Shown: positions 44,778-55,552, counted from the first letter of the stretch. The stretch: DNA of 64,000 nucleotides from Saprospirales bacterium (GCA_016711605.1 JADJSS010000004.1:130320-194319); one strand, 5' to 3'. Notes: a model not told the origin generated them from the sequence alone. Translations and numbers: made by a program.

Positions 44778-46039
44778 ATTCTTTTATTTTTCTATAAAGC
44801 GTTCTTTCAGAAATTCCTAAATCTAAAGAAGCATCTTTGCGTTTTCCACGATGTTTTTCCAACGCTTTTAAAATCATATTTTTTTCCATTTCTGCTAACG
44901 ATAAATTTTGCTCAATGCTTTCTTCTTCATATTTCGGTTCATTTAAAACGATTGTAGAAGTATTTGTATGATTGTTTTCAATCGAATTGTAATCTATACT
45001 CTTTTTTTCAATTGAAGCATCTTGAAATGGTAAATTATTTTTTATAGATGAAGCTATAAAATCTATGTTTTGTTCTTCTTTATTAAACAAATTATTTTTA
45101 GTGTTTTCATCATAAGTACCGTTGCTCATATTCCACACAAAACGTTTTAGATCGTTTAAATCGTGTTTAATATCAAAAATCATTTTGTATAACAGTTCTC
45201 TATCAGTAAATGTGTTTTGTTCTGAATTAGTTGCAAGTACTGGTAAATTATTAGCTTCAATGTTTGGAATAAATTTCGCCAATTCATCTTTGGTTACTAC
45301 TTTATCTTTCGATAAAACAGAAACTTGTTCTGCAATATTTTTTAATTCTCGAATATTTCCAGGAAAACGATAGTTCGTCAAAATTTGTTTTGCATCTTCC
45401 TCCTAACTGAATTGGAGGCATTCTCTATTTTTCTGAAAAATCAGAAGCAAATTTTCTAAATAAAACTAAAATATCTTCTTTGCGTTCGCGCAAAGCAGGC
45501 ACAAAAATCGGAACTGTATTTAATCGATAATATAAATCTTCTCTGAATTTTCCTTGACGAATTAATTTTGGTAAATCAACATTGGTTGCTGCTAACACGC
45601 GCACATCTGATTTTTGTACGACTGATGCACCAACTTTTATAAATTCACCACTTTCTAACAAACGCAATAAACGAGCTTGTGTGCCAATTGGCATTTCACC
45701 AATTTCATCTAAAAATATCGTTCCACCATTTACAGTTTCAAAATAACCTTTTCGCTTTTCATGTGCACCTGTGAATGAACCTTTTTCATGTCCGAATAAT
45801 TCTGAATCTATTGTGCCTTCAGGAATTGCACCACAATTTACTGCAATAAAATTTTCATGTTTTCTCGTAGATAAATTATGTATAATTTGAGAAAATACTT
45901 CTTTCCCAACACCACTTTCACCTGTTATTAATATAGATAAATTGGTTGGCGCCACGCGAACTGCAACTTCCAATGCTCTGTTTAAAGCAGGTGAGTTGCC
46001 TATAATTCCAAATCGTTGTTTTACTTGTTGTAATTCCAT
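44761..46039 (-). pseudogene. Sigma-54-dependent transcriptional activator (AAA+ plus Fis-type HTH, no receiver domain), interrupted by an in-frame TAG and a frameshift
   Basis: ORF 45425..46039 has Walker A GESGVGKE, GAFTGA-like GSFTGA, and Walker B FLDEIGEM. It stops at TAG 45425-45427, where homologues have Tyr (..EK[Y]RMPPIQL). The same frame continues RMPPIQLG, then shifts (~45398-45404) into EEDAKQILTNYRFPGNIRELKN... (ORF 44761..45381), which ends in the HTH ASLDLGISERTLYRKIKEY. Confidence 0.8.
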
Positions 46040-46151
46040 TTTTTTATTTGATGATTTGAAGATGTTATATTCTGAAAAATGTGTTTAAAGTTGCTTTGTT
46101 ATTAAAAATTTGATTGCATCTTCAATTTTTCAAAACAACTCATTTTTCAAA

Positions 46152-47597
46152 TTAAACTACTCTTCCTTTTAACATGGCTTTGTTGCCGCTTTCTACCAAA
46201 ACATTAACGTATTCACCAATTTTATGATTTCCTTTTGGAAAAATAATAAAGCGATTATTTGAACTTCTGCCACACAATTCATCATCACTTTTCTTCGATG
46301 TTTTTTCAATCAAAACTTTAAATGTTTTACCAATTTCTGCTAAATTATTTTCTTTAGAATGACGATTTTGCAGTTCTACGATTTCTGCCAATCTTCTTTT
46401 TTTTGTTTCCAAAGGAACATCATCTTTAAATTTCCTGGCAGCCAAAGTTCCTGGTCTTTCAGAATAATAATACATGTAGCACAAATCATATCGTACATAT
46501 TCCATCATCGACAATGTATCTTGATGTTCTTCTTCGGTTTCGCCACAAAAACCAGCAATCATATCAGAAGAAATTCCACAATCTGGAATTATTTTTTTAA
46601 TTGCATCTATTCTATTTAAATACCATTCGCGAGTGTAAGTTCTGTTCATGCGCTCCAAACATGCAGTGTTTCCTGACTGTACAGGCAAATGTATGTAATT
46701 GCAAATGTTCTCGTATTTTACAATCGTATGCAACACATCATCACAAATATCTTTTGGATGCGATGTTGAAAAACGCACACGCAATAACGGATTTACTAGC
46801 GCCACTTTTTCTAAAAGCTGTGGAAAATTTACTTGAATTGTTTCATTTTCATTTTCACTATCACTTTCACTTCCTTTCCATTTATATGAATCTACATTTT
46901 GTCCAAGTAATGTAATTTCACGATAACCTTTGTCAAACAAATCTTGTGCTTCAGCAATAATAGAATCTGGATTTCTGCTGCGTTCGCGACCACGTGTAAA
47001 GGGTACTACGCAAAACGAACACATATTATCGCAGCCACGCATAATAGAAACAAAAGCAGTAACGCCATTTTTATCTAAACGCACTGGTGATATATCTGCA
47101 TAGGTTTCTTCACGAGACAATAAAACGTTGACACCTTTTTGTCCACCTTCAGCATCTGCAATTAAATCTGGTAAACTTCTGTAAGCATCTGGACCAACTA
47201 CTAAATCAACGATTTTTTCTTCTTCCAGAAATTTTGATTTCAAACGTTCAGCCATACAACCAAGAACGCCAATCAACATGCCTTTTCTTTTCTTCTTGAT
47301 TTGATTGAACGAATGCAAACGCGTGCGGACAGTTTGTTCTGCTTTTTCGCGAATGGAACAGGTGTTTATTAAAATCAAATCAGCTTGTAACACATCAGTA
47401 GTCACCGAATAACCTTGTTTGGATAGGATAGAAGCTACAATTTCACTGTCGCTGAAATTCATTGCACAACCATAGCTTTCAATATAAAAATGCTTGTTGT
47501 TTTTAAATTCATTTTCGGTTGCTACAACGCTCAGAGCTTCACCTTGACGTGTTTCGTCATGCTGTTTTTTTTCTATATATTCTAAAAGTTCGCTCAT
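46152..47597 (-). CDS. miaB: tRNA (i6A37) methylthiotransferase MiaB
   Basis: It has the N-terminal UPF0004 domain ([16 protein letters not shown]), the radical-SAM motif [19 protein letters not shown], and a C-terminal TRAM domain. Confidence 0.9.
   Translation of the reverse strand: MSELLEYIEKKQHDETRQGEALSVVATENEFKNNKHFYIESYGCAMNFSDSEIVASILSKQGYSVTTDVLQADLILINTCSIREKAEQTVRTRLHSFNQIKKKRKGMLIGVLGCMAERLKSKFLEEEKIVDLVVGPDAYRSLPDLIADAEGGQKGVNVLLSREETYADISPVRLDKNGVTAFVSIMRGCDNMCSFCVVPFTRGRERSRNPDSIIAEAQDLFDKGYREITLLGQNVDSYKWKGSESDSENENETIQVNFPQLLEKVALVNPLLRVRFSTSHPKDICDDVLHTIVKYENICNYIHLPVQSGNTACLERMNRTYTREWYLNRIDAIKKIIPDCGISSDMIAGFCGETEEEHQDTLSMMEYVRYDLCYMYYYSERPGTLAARKFKDDVPLETKKRRLAEIVELQNRHSKENNLAEIGKTFKVLIEKTSKKSDDELCGRSSNNRFIIFPKGNHKIGEYVNVLVESGNKAMLKGRVV
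46842..46877 (-). repeat. Hexanucleotide tract (coding strand AGTGAA/AATGAA x6) inside miaB
   Basis: The plus strand reads ttcatt ttcatt ttcact atcact ttcact tccttt. It encodes [11 protein letters not shown]. Confidence 0.8.
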
Positions 47598-47644
47598 TTT
47601 AAAGTTATACGAAATAAATTATTTGTTATAAAGTAAAAGGAATG

Positions 47645-47652
47645 CAAAGCTA
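47645..47652 (-). promoter_or_regulatory. Bacteroidota -7 box (TAGCTTTG on the minus strand) upstream of miaB
   Basis: The plus strand reads caaagcta, 47 nt upstream of ATG 47597. Confidence 0.4.
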
Positions 47653-47794
47653 CAAAAAATAACTAATAGTGACAAATTGGCAGAAAGGTTTTAATTACAA
47701 AAACATGTTCTTAAAATTCCTTAATTTATCTTAAATCGGAACTTCTTGTAATAATATTTAGTTTATTTCAACGTATTAATACAAACCAACGCAT

Positions 47795-48445
47795 TTGACA
47801 ACTATTTTTTTTATTGTAGCTTCTTTGTCCATTGTCGGATTTTTCTTTTATCTAAGAAGAAAGAAAACTGTTGCTATAAAAGATGTTGACATGGATTTTG
47901 AAACGCTAGAAAACTCTAACGAACCTATTATTTCGTATTCTGTTTATACAGTTGATACTATTTTAAATCAACGCTTTCTTAATTATGCGCACAACCATTT
48001 TCCACATCATTTTGGAATATTAAAACATCAACAAATTGAGTTGGATTGGAATGTATTGAATGCTGATTTTATTTCGATAGAAGGTGTTGGTTTGGTGAAA
48101 GCTGTTGGTCGCAAAACATTTTATCCAACTGCAAATACAAAATATATAATTCGTGCAAAAAACAAAGAATACGATATTCAACAGGAAATTTTTATTCGCG
48201 TTTTTCCAGTGCATGTTGCCGATAATTTAGTAGCAAAAATTCCATCTTTAAAATTTAATTCCGAATTGGAAATTTCGAAAATAAATGAAATTCCCAAAGT
48301 TGATTTGAATATTTCAACACCAACAATTAATACCTCAAAACCAAATTTAATTTCGTTAAACGATGCAATGAAAACGCATGAAAAAAGTGCATTTTCATTT
48401 GCGAAACTCATCAGTTATTTTAAAACAAAAAAATCGAACTCTTAA
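47795..48445 (+). CDS. Single-pass membrane protein with an Ig-like beta-sandwich segment, unknown function
   Basis: TTG-start ORF with an N-terminal TM (IFFIVASLSIVGFFFYL) followed by RRKK. The segment QQIELDWNVLNADFISIEGVGLVKAVGRKTFYPTANTKYIIRAKN resembles bacterial Ig-like/PKD-like repeats. Confidence 0.5.
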   Translation: MTTIFFIVASLSIVGFFFYLRRKKTVAIKDVDMDFETLENSNEPIISYSVYTVDTILNQRFLNYAHNHFPHHFGILKHQQIELDWNVLNADFISIEGVGLVKAVGRKTFYPTANTKYIIRAKNKEYDIQQEIFIRVFPVHVADNLVAKIPSLKFNSELEISKINEIPKVDLNISTPTINTSKPNLISLNDAMKTHEKSAFSFAKLISYFKTKKSNS

Positions 48446-48478
48446 ATTCAATAATTCGATCATTCAACAATTAAGATT

Positions 48479-49654
48479 ATGGAAGATTTCAAAAATAATA
48501 CAAGTTATCCAATCAGAAATGTAAGTAGTTTTACGCATTTTTTTTGGTGGTGTTCAGGTGCAAACACCGATGTTTTATTGGATTGTCCGCATTCTGAACA
48601 AAATAAATATGTTGGTATTGGTGCTACTGTTTTCTTCACTGGTTTACTCGCTTCCATTTCAGGTGGTTATGCATTGTATTCTGTTTTTAACAGCTTATTT
48701 CCAGCCATTGCATTCGGCATAATTTGGGGTTTTGTTATTTTTAATTTAGATAGATTTATTGTTTCTACGTTGAGAAAAGATGATATTTTTTGGAATGAAT
48801 TTAAATTGGTTTTACCACGATTAATTTTAGCTGTGATTTTAGCAATCGTAATTTCAAAACCGTTGGAATTGAAAATATTTGAAAAAGAAATTGCACAAAA
48901 AGTACAGGAAAAACAACGTTTATTTGCAATAGAATCGCAACGCAAAGCTGAACAACAATTCAATCCAATTGCAGATAGTTTACGCAAAGAAATTGATTAT
49001 TATAAAAACGAAATTGCCAAAGTTGCCACGTCGCGCGATACCTTATATACAGCATTTATTGGCGAAGCTGAAGGAACTCGAGGCACCAATAAATTAGGAA
49101 AAGGTCCGGTTTTTAAAGAGAAAAAAATACAGTTTGATAAGATCGAACAAGATTTGAAAGATAAGCAAGCACAATTTCAGCCGTTGATCGATGAACGCGA
49201 AAAACAAATTTTGGCACTCAAAGCACAACGCGATACTTCTGTGGCAAAAGCACAGCCAATTATAAGTAATTATGATGGTTTGATGGCGCGTTTAGATGGT
49301 TTGAGCGAACTGCCGCAAATACCAAGTTTGTTTATTATGTTATTGTTTATTTGCATCGAAACGGCACCGGTTTTGTCTAAATTATTTTCTGCAAAAGGTC
49401 CATACGATGAGAAATTGAAGAATATCGAACATGAAATAGAAATGAGTACGATTGAAAATATCAATTTCAGAAATCACGAATTAAATAAAAAACTCACTTT
49501 ATACACAAACATCGACAAAGCACAAACTGAACAGGAAATTCTAAATCATAAAGAATCACTGAAAATTATGGCTGATGCACACGTTGAATTAACCAAAGAA
49601 ATGGTAAACGATTGGTTGGAAAAAGAAAAAGATAAGCTAAAAAATAAAGTATAG
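48479..49654 (+). CDS. DUF4407-like membrane protein with long central coiled coil
   Basis: It has FFWWCSGANTDVLLDCPHSEQNKYVGIGATVFFTGLLASISGGYALY and three N-terminal TM helices. A ~140-aa charged heptad-like region follows (EKEIAQKVQEKQRLFAIESQRKAEQQF...), then a fourth TM (LFIMLLFICIETAPVL). The family call is from memory. Confidence 0.6.
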   Translation: MEDFKNNTSYPIRNVSSFTHFFWWCSGANTDVLLDCPHSEQNKYVGIGATVFFTGLLASISGGYALYSVFNSLFPAIAFGIIWGFVIFNLDRFIVSTLRKDDIFWNEFKLVLPRLILAVILAIVISKPLELKIFEKEIAQKVQEKQRLFAIESQRKAEQQFNPIADSLRKEIDYYKNEIAKVATSRDTLYTAFIGEAEGTRGTNKLGKGPVFKEKKIQFDKIEQDLKDKQAQFQPLIDEREKQILALKAQRDTSVAKAQPIISNYDGLMARLDGLSELPQIPSLFIMLLFICIETAPVLSKLFSAKGPYDEKLKNIEHEIEMSTIENINFRNHELNKKLTLYTNIDKAQTEQEILNHKESLKIMADAHVELTKEMVNDWLEKEKDKLKNKV

Positions 49655-49693
49655 AATTTCAATTTTAACCAATCTTAAATTCTTTTTAAGTGG

Positions 49694-50036
49694 TTTTTTT
49701 TTTTAACAAACAAAGCGCCTTAAAAAAAATTTTTTTTTTTTTTTTCCCCTTTCCCCGCCCCCCGGGGCCGGGCCCCCCCCCCGCCCCGACCGGTGCCCCG
49801 GGAGGGGGGGGGGGGGGGGGGGGGGCCCGGGGGGGGCGGGGCCGGGGGGGGGGGGTTTTTTCGGTGTTTTACAACAAAGAGGAGGGAGGGGGGGGAGGGG
49901 TTTCCTGTTCCTGTTCCCGGGTCAAAATTTTTGTCCCGGGGGGGGAATTTTTTTTGTGGCGGGTTTTTTTTTTTTGGGTTGCGGCGCATTTTTTTGTTTT
50001 GCCTTTTTAGTTTTTTTGGGGGGCGCCCCGGGGGTT
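49694..50036. other. Anomalous G/C/T homopolymer island (probable low-quality or gap-fill sequence; alternatively a hypervariable G4/i-motif-prone tract)
   Basis: Runs present: T11 (49694-49704), A8 (49722-49729), T16 (49730-49745), C10 (49773-49782), G22 (49804-49825), G12 (49844-49855), T12 (49964-49975), plus many G5-G8 and C4-C6 runs. It is unlike anything else in the window. Confidence 0.9.
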
Positions 50037-50810
50037 TTAATGCATCAGCTTAGCAGCTGCCCAAGTAGTTAATTTTCTTGGTGATAATTGAGTGATGAAT
50101 GCTGTTATTTTATTCATAAATCCAGGTACAATTGAACGTTGACGATTAAACATGGCATTCAATGCAATTTCTGCCACTTGAGTAGGAGATTGCATGGTGC
50201 TTTCGATTATGGAGTTCACTTTTGTATCGGAAACTTCAAAAAATTCGGTACGCGTTGCACCTGGATATAATGTAGTTACAGAAACATTGGTGCCTTTTAA
50301 TTCAAAATCCAAACCTTCACTAAACAACATCACATATGCTTTCGTTGCTGAATATGCTGAAACATAAGGCGATGGCTGAAATGCACCAATAGATGCAACT
50401 TGCAAAATATAACCGTTATTATTTTTCTTCATTTCTAAACCAAATAAATAAGTCAAATGAGTCAAAGTCACCATGTTTAGGTTAAGCATTTCTATCGTGC
50501 GTTCAATCGGAACAGAAAAGAATTCGCCATTTGCGCCAAATCCAGCATTATTCACCAAAACAGAAATCGTTAAATTATTTTTGTGAGTAAAAGCTAACAA
50601 TTCATTTGGAGCTTCTTTTTCAGATAAATCCATCGATACCAATTGAATATCAATTTTATCTGTTAGTAGAATTTCTGCTTTTAATTTTTCTAATCTATCT
50701 GTTCGTCTAGCAACCAACACTAAATTATATCCTTTTTTTGCTAATAGTTTTGAGAATTCTAACCCAATTCCACTACTTGCACCTGTTACAATTGCATATT
50801 CATTTGTCAT
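50037..50810 (-). CDS. Short-chain dehydrogenase/reductase (SDR family oxidoreductase)
   Basis: It has TGASSGIG cofactor motif, NNAG, and the catalytic YSATK (YxxxK). Confidence 0.85.
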   Translation of the reverse strand: MTNEYAIVTGASSGIGLEFSKLLAKKGYNLVLVARRTDRLEKLKAEILLTDKIDIQLVSMDLSEKEAPNELLAFTHKNNLTISVLVNNAGFGANGEFFSVPIERTIEMLNLNMVTLTHLTYLFGLEMKKNNNGYILQVASIGAFQPSPYVSAYSATKAYVMLFSEGLDFELKGTNVSVTTLYPGATRTEFFEVSDTKVNSIIESTMQSPTQVAEIALNAMFNRQRSIVPGFMNKITAFITQLSPRKLTTWAAAKLMH

Positions 50811-50930
50811 CTTATTTTATTTAGATTTTAAAAGTACTAATTATACCTAATTAATAGGCGAATTTTAGCGTCACACATAAAAAGAATAAAATATTTTTTT
50901 TATTGCGTATCATTATTTGTCTTTAAACAT

Positions 50931-50938
50931 TATTTTTG
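50931..50938 (+). promoter_or_regulatory. Bacteroidota -7 box TATTTTTG 4 nt upstream of the carboxyltransferase ATG
   Basis: The sequence reads TATTTTTG CTGT ATG. Confidence 0.4.
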
Positions 50939-50942
50939 CTGT

Positions 50943-52493
50943 ATGACACATGAACAGAAAATAAAACTTTTAGAACAAAAGAAAGAAGAAGCATTGTTAG
51001 GTGGTGGACAAAAACGCATCGACGATCAACATAAAAAAGGAAAATTAACAGCACGTGAACGATTAGATTTGTTAATGGATAAAGGTAGTTTCGAAGAACT
51101 CGGTATGTTAGTTACGCATCGAGCTACAGATTTCGGAATTGATAAAGAAAAATATTTAAGCGATGGTGTTGTCACTGGATTTGGTACAATAAACGGAAGG
51201 TTGGTATATGTTTTTTCGCAAGATTTTACTGTTTTTGGTGGTTCATTATCTGAAACGCATGCAGAAAAAATCTGTAAAATAATGGAATTGGCTGCCAAAA
51301 CAGGCGCACCTGTTATCGGTTTAAATGATTCTGGTGGTGCACGTATTCAAGAAGGCGTTGTTTCTTTAGGTGGTTATGCTGACATTTTTCATCGAAATGT
51401 TCAGTATTCAGGTGTTGTTCCGCAGATTTCAGCGATTATGGGGCCATGTGCTGGTGGTGCAGTATATTCACCTGCTATGACTGACTTTACGATGATGGTA
51501 GAAAATACTTCTTATATGTTTGTCACTGGACCAAATGTTGTAAAAACAGTTACGCACGAAGAAGTTACTTCTGAAGAATTAGGAGGCGCGATTACACATG
51601 CAACCAAAAGTGGTGTAACGCATTTCACGGCAAAAAATGAAGTAGAATGCATTCAACAACTCAAAAAATTATTGAGTTATTTACCACAAAATTGCGAAGA
51701 AAAAGCACCAGTTTATCCATATCAAACAACTTCATCAGAAATAAGAGAAGAATTAGGAAAGATCTTACCAAAAAATCCGAACCAACCGTATGATATTCGT
51801 GATGTAATTACTAACACAGTTGATGAAGATTCTTTTTTTGAAGTTCATAAATTATTTGCCGAAAACATTGTCGTTGGTTTTGCACGAATCGCTGGTAAAA
51901 GTATAGGTATTGTTGCCAATCAACCTGTTTATTTAGCTGGTGTTTTAGATATTAACAGCAGCAGGAAAGGAGCTCGATTTACACGTTTTTGCGATGCATT
52001 TAATATTCCATTATTGGTATTGGTAGATGTGCCTGGTTTTTTACCAGGAACCGATCAAGAATGGAACGGAATTATCACCAGTGGCGCAAAATTGTTGTAT
52101 GCATTAAGTGAAGCAACGGTGCCGAAAGTAACTGTAATTACACGCAAAGCGTATGGTGGTGCGTATGATGTGATGAATTCAAAACATATTGGTGCTGATA
52201 TGAATTTTGCCTGGCCTACCGCAGAAATTGCAGTAATGGGTCCAAAAGGTGCAGCTGAAATTATTTTCAAAAATGAAATTAAAAATGCAGCCAATCCTGA
52301 AGAAAAATTGCAAGAAAAAATTGATGAATATACAGATACATTTGCCAATCCTTACAAAGCTGCAGCACGTGGTTTTATTGATGAAGTCATCAATCCAGAA
52401 CAAACACGTATTAAGTTAATTAAGTCTTTTAAAATGCTAGAAAATAAGGTGGTGAATTCTCCTAAAAAGAAACATGGAAATATTCCTTTATAA
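50943..52493 (+). CDS. Acyl-CoA carboxylase carboxyltransferase (beta) subunit (propionyl-CoA carboxylase / methylmalonyl-CoA carboxyltransferase type)
   Basis: 516-aa ORF. The N-terminus has [26 protein letters not shown]. It also has [10 protein letters not shown] and two crotonase-like halves with the [15 protein letters not shown] motif. Confidence 0.9.
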   Translation: MTHEQKIKLLEQKKEEALLGGGQKRIDDQHKKGKLTARERLDLLMDKGSFEELGMLVTHRATDFGIDKEKYLSDGVVTGFGTINGRLVYVFSQDFTVFGGSLSETHAEKICKIMELAAKTGAPVIGLNDSGGARIQEGVVSLGGYADIFHRNVQYSGVVPQISAIMGPCAGGAVYSPAMTDFTMMVENTSYMFVTGPNVVKTVTHEEVTSEELGGAITHATKSGVTHFTAKNEVECIQQLKKLLSYLPQNCEEKAPVYPYQTTSSEIREELGKILPKNPNQPYDIRDVITNTVDEDSFFEVHKLFAENIVVGFARIAGKSIGIVANQPVYLAGVLDINSSRKGARFTRFCDAFNIPLLVLVDVPGFLPGTDQEWNGIITSGAKLLYALSEATVPKVTVITRKAYGGAYDVMNSKHIGADMNFAWPTAEIAVMGPKGAAEIIFKNEIKNAANPEEKLQEKIDEYTDTFANPYKAAARGFIDEVINPEQTRIKLIKSFKMLENKVVNSPKKKHGNIPL

Positions 52494-52603
52494 ATTATTA
52501 ATTAAAATTAATTTATACGTTTAGAATAAAGTTGGATAATTATTTATGGTGTAATTTTATTTATTCACATAAATTACATAATTTAGCTAACTAAAATTCA
52601 CAC

Positions 52604-53647
52604 ATGAAGCAGTATATTTTTTTTGCCTTAATTTCGATAGCAATGTCGTCGTGCATACCTGGTGGTGGCACTGCACCAACTATGAAGCCAGTCGATACAT
52701 CTAAGAATCTAACCAAAATTGCTATTGGTTCTTGTTGTAATCAAGTTTTAAACATGTCTATATTTAGAAACGTTGCTTCCCAAAACCCAGATTTGTATAT
52801 TGCAATGGGTGATAATATGTATGCAGATTATCTAGATGGAGATCCAAGCGCTTGGATTCAAACTCAATATGATTTATTAAAGAAAGATTTTAGTTTCTCT
52901 AATTTGGTTGCAACTGTACCATCTATTGCCACTTGGGACGATCATGATTATGGTAAAAATAATGCAGGAGCTGAGTATCCATACAAATTAATTTCAAAAG
53001 ATAAATTTTTAAATTTTTGGAATGTACCATCAACCAGCGATAGAAGAACTCACGATGGAATATATACTTCTTACATGTTTGGAGACGCGGCACATCAAGT
53101 ACAAATAATTATGCTAGATTGCAGAACATTTTTAAATGTTATTGGTCCAGAACCGATTACACCAACCACAGATACATCAAAAACAATATTAGGTGCAGCA
53201 CAATGGGCTTGGTTAAAACAAGAATTACAAAAACCAGCAAAAGTTAGAATTGTAGTTTCTAGCTCACAAATGTGTATCGAAAAAAATGGTTGGGAAGGTT
53301 GGCCAAATTATCCGCATGAAATAGAAAAATTCTTTAAAACCGTAAAAGATGCAAATGCAGAAAACGTATTTGTCGTAAGTGGTGATGTACATTATTCTGA
53401 ATTTAGCAAAAGAACTAAAGCTGGTCAATATCCAATTTACGATTTTACATCTAGTGGTTTAACACATACTGAAAACGCAGCTGCACCAAATATCTACAGA
53501 ATTGGTACAGCTTTTGTTGCCTTAAGTTTTGGGTTAATTAATATTGACTGGAATGCAACACCTATCCAAGTGAAATTAGATATTTGTAATTTTAATGGTA
53601 CTGTTGCAAAATCTCACACAATTTCTATGGATGAACTAAAATTTTAA
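52604..53647 (+). CDS. PhoD-like metallophosphatase lipoprotein (alkaline phosphatase D family)
   Basis: It has a lipobox (IAMSSC) and the metallophosphoesterase motifs GDNMYAD, WDDHDYGKNN and SGDVHYSE. Confidence 0.75.
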   Translation: MKQYIFFALISIAMSSCIPGGGTAPTMKPVDTSKNLTKIAIGSCCNQVLNMSIFRNVASQNPDLYIAMGDNMYADYLDGDPSAWIQTQYDLLKKDFSFSNLVATVPSIATWDDHDYGKNNAGAEYPYKLISKDKFLNFWNVPSTSDRRTHDGIYTSYMFGDAAHQVQIIMLDCRTFLNVIGPEPITPTTDTSKTILGAAQWAWLKQELQKPAKVRIVVSSSQMCIEKNGWEGWPNYPHEIEKFFKTVKDANAENVFVVSGDVHYSEFSKRTKAGQYPIYDFTSSGLTHTENAAAPNIYRIGTAFVALSFGLINIDWNATPIQVKLDICNFNGTVAKSHTISMDELKF

Positions 53648-53667
53648 TAATTAATTCTATATTTTTG

Positions 53668-53697
53668 AAAGCTATCAATTTGATAGCTTTTTTTTAT
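53668..53697 (+). terminator. Rho-independent terminator after the PhoD-like gene
   Basis: Stem aaagctatc (53668-53676) pairs with gatagcttt (53682-53690), followed by a T-run. Confidence 0.75.
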
Positions 53698-53700
53698 TTT

Positions 53701-53708
53701 TATATTTA
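53701..53708 (+). promoter_or_regulatory. -7-like box TATATTTA 4 nt upstream of the glpK ATG
   Basis: The sequence reads TATATTTA GATT ATG. It has one mismatch (final A) to TAnnTTTG. Confidence 0.3.
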
Positions 53709-53709
53709 G

Positions 53710-55209
<1,500 letters not shown>

Positions 55210-55280
55210 CCAGAAATTTGGTTATACTTTTGTATTGATTTGTTAAATTTATGGTAACGAACAATTCAATTTGCACTTCT

Positions 55281-55288
55281 TATCTTTG
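55281..55288 (+). promoter_or_regulatory. Bacteroidota -7 box TATCTTTG for small lipoprotein gene 1
   Basis: Exact TAnnTTTG match 22 nt upstream of ATG 55311. Confidence 0.55.
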
Positions 55289-55310
55289 CAATCAATTAAA
55301 ACAAACCAAA

Positions 55311-55502
55311 ATGAAAAAATTATTCGTATTATTCGCAGCTGCTACATTATTAGTAGGATTCCAAGCTTGCAAACACAATGAAGAAACTGCTACAGAAGAA
55401 ACTGCTGTAGTTGAAGAAGCTCCAGCTGTAGATTCATCTGCAGTAGTTGCTACAACTGATTCAGCTGCTGCTGTAGTAGCTGTTGATTCTACAAAAAAAT
55501 AA
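55311..55502 (+). CDS. Small Ala/Thr/Glu-rich lipoprotein (paralogue 1)
   Basis: It begins MKKLFVLFAAATLLVGFQAC (lipobox) and has a low-complexity acidic tail. The start is moved to the internal ATG because the -7 box lies inside the longer ORF. Confidence 0.65.
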   Translation: MKKLFVLFAAATLLVGFQACKHNEETATEETAVVEEAPAVDSSAVVATTDSAAAVVAVDSTKK

Positions 55503-55523
55503 TTCTGTAGTTTCTCAGAAATA

Positions 55524-55552
55524 AAAGTCCCAATTTATTGGGACTTTTTTTT
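55524..55552 (+). terminator. Rho-independent terminator
   Basis: Stem aaagtccc (55524-55531) pairs with gggacttt (55540-55547), followed by T8. Confidence 0.8.

Noticed and set aside
45425-45427. In-frame TAG in the sigma-54 activator as evidence for stop-codon reassignment or readthrough
   Set aside because: TAG terminates several well-defined genes in the same window at conserved C-termini (29606-29608, 49652-49654, 55207-55209). A nearby frameshift in the same gene points to damage or error rather than recoding.
47678-47692. Sigma-54-type promoter candidate tggcagaaaggtttt between miaB and the TM/Ig-like gene
   Set aside because: It has the -24 TGGCA element but lacks the -12 TTGC/GC element at the correct spacing. 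A single weak half-match is expected by chance.
49690-50053. Three ORFs (49690..50010 +, 49720..49989 -, 49793..50053 +) encoding Gly/Pro/Phe-rich peptides
   Set aside because: They exist only because homopolymer G/C/T runs lack stop codons. They overlap each other on both strands and have no start context or recognisable domain. I treat them as non-coding.
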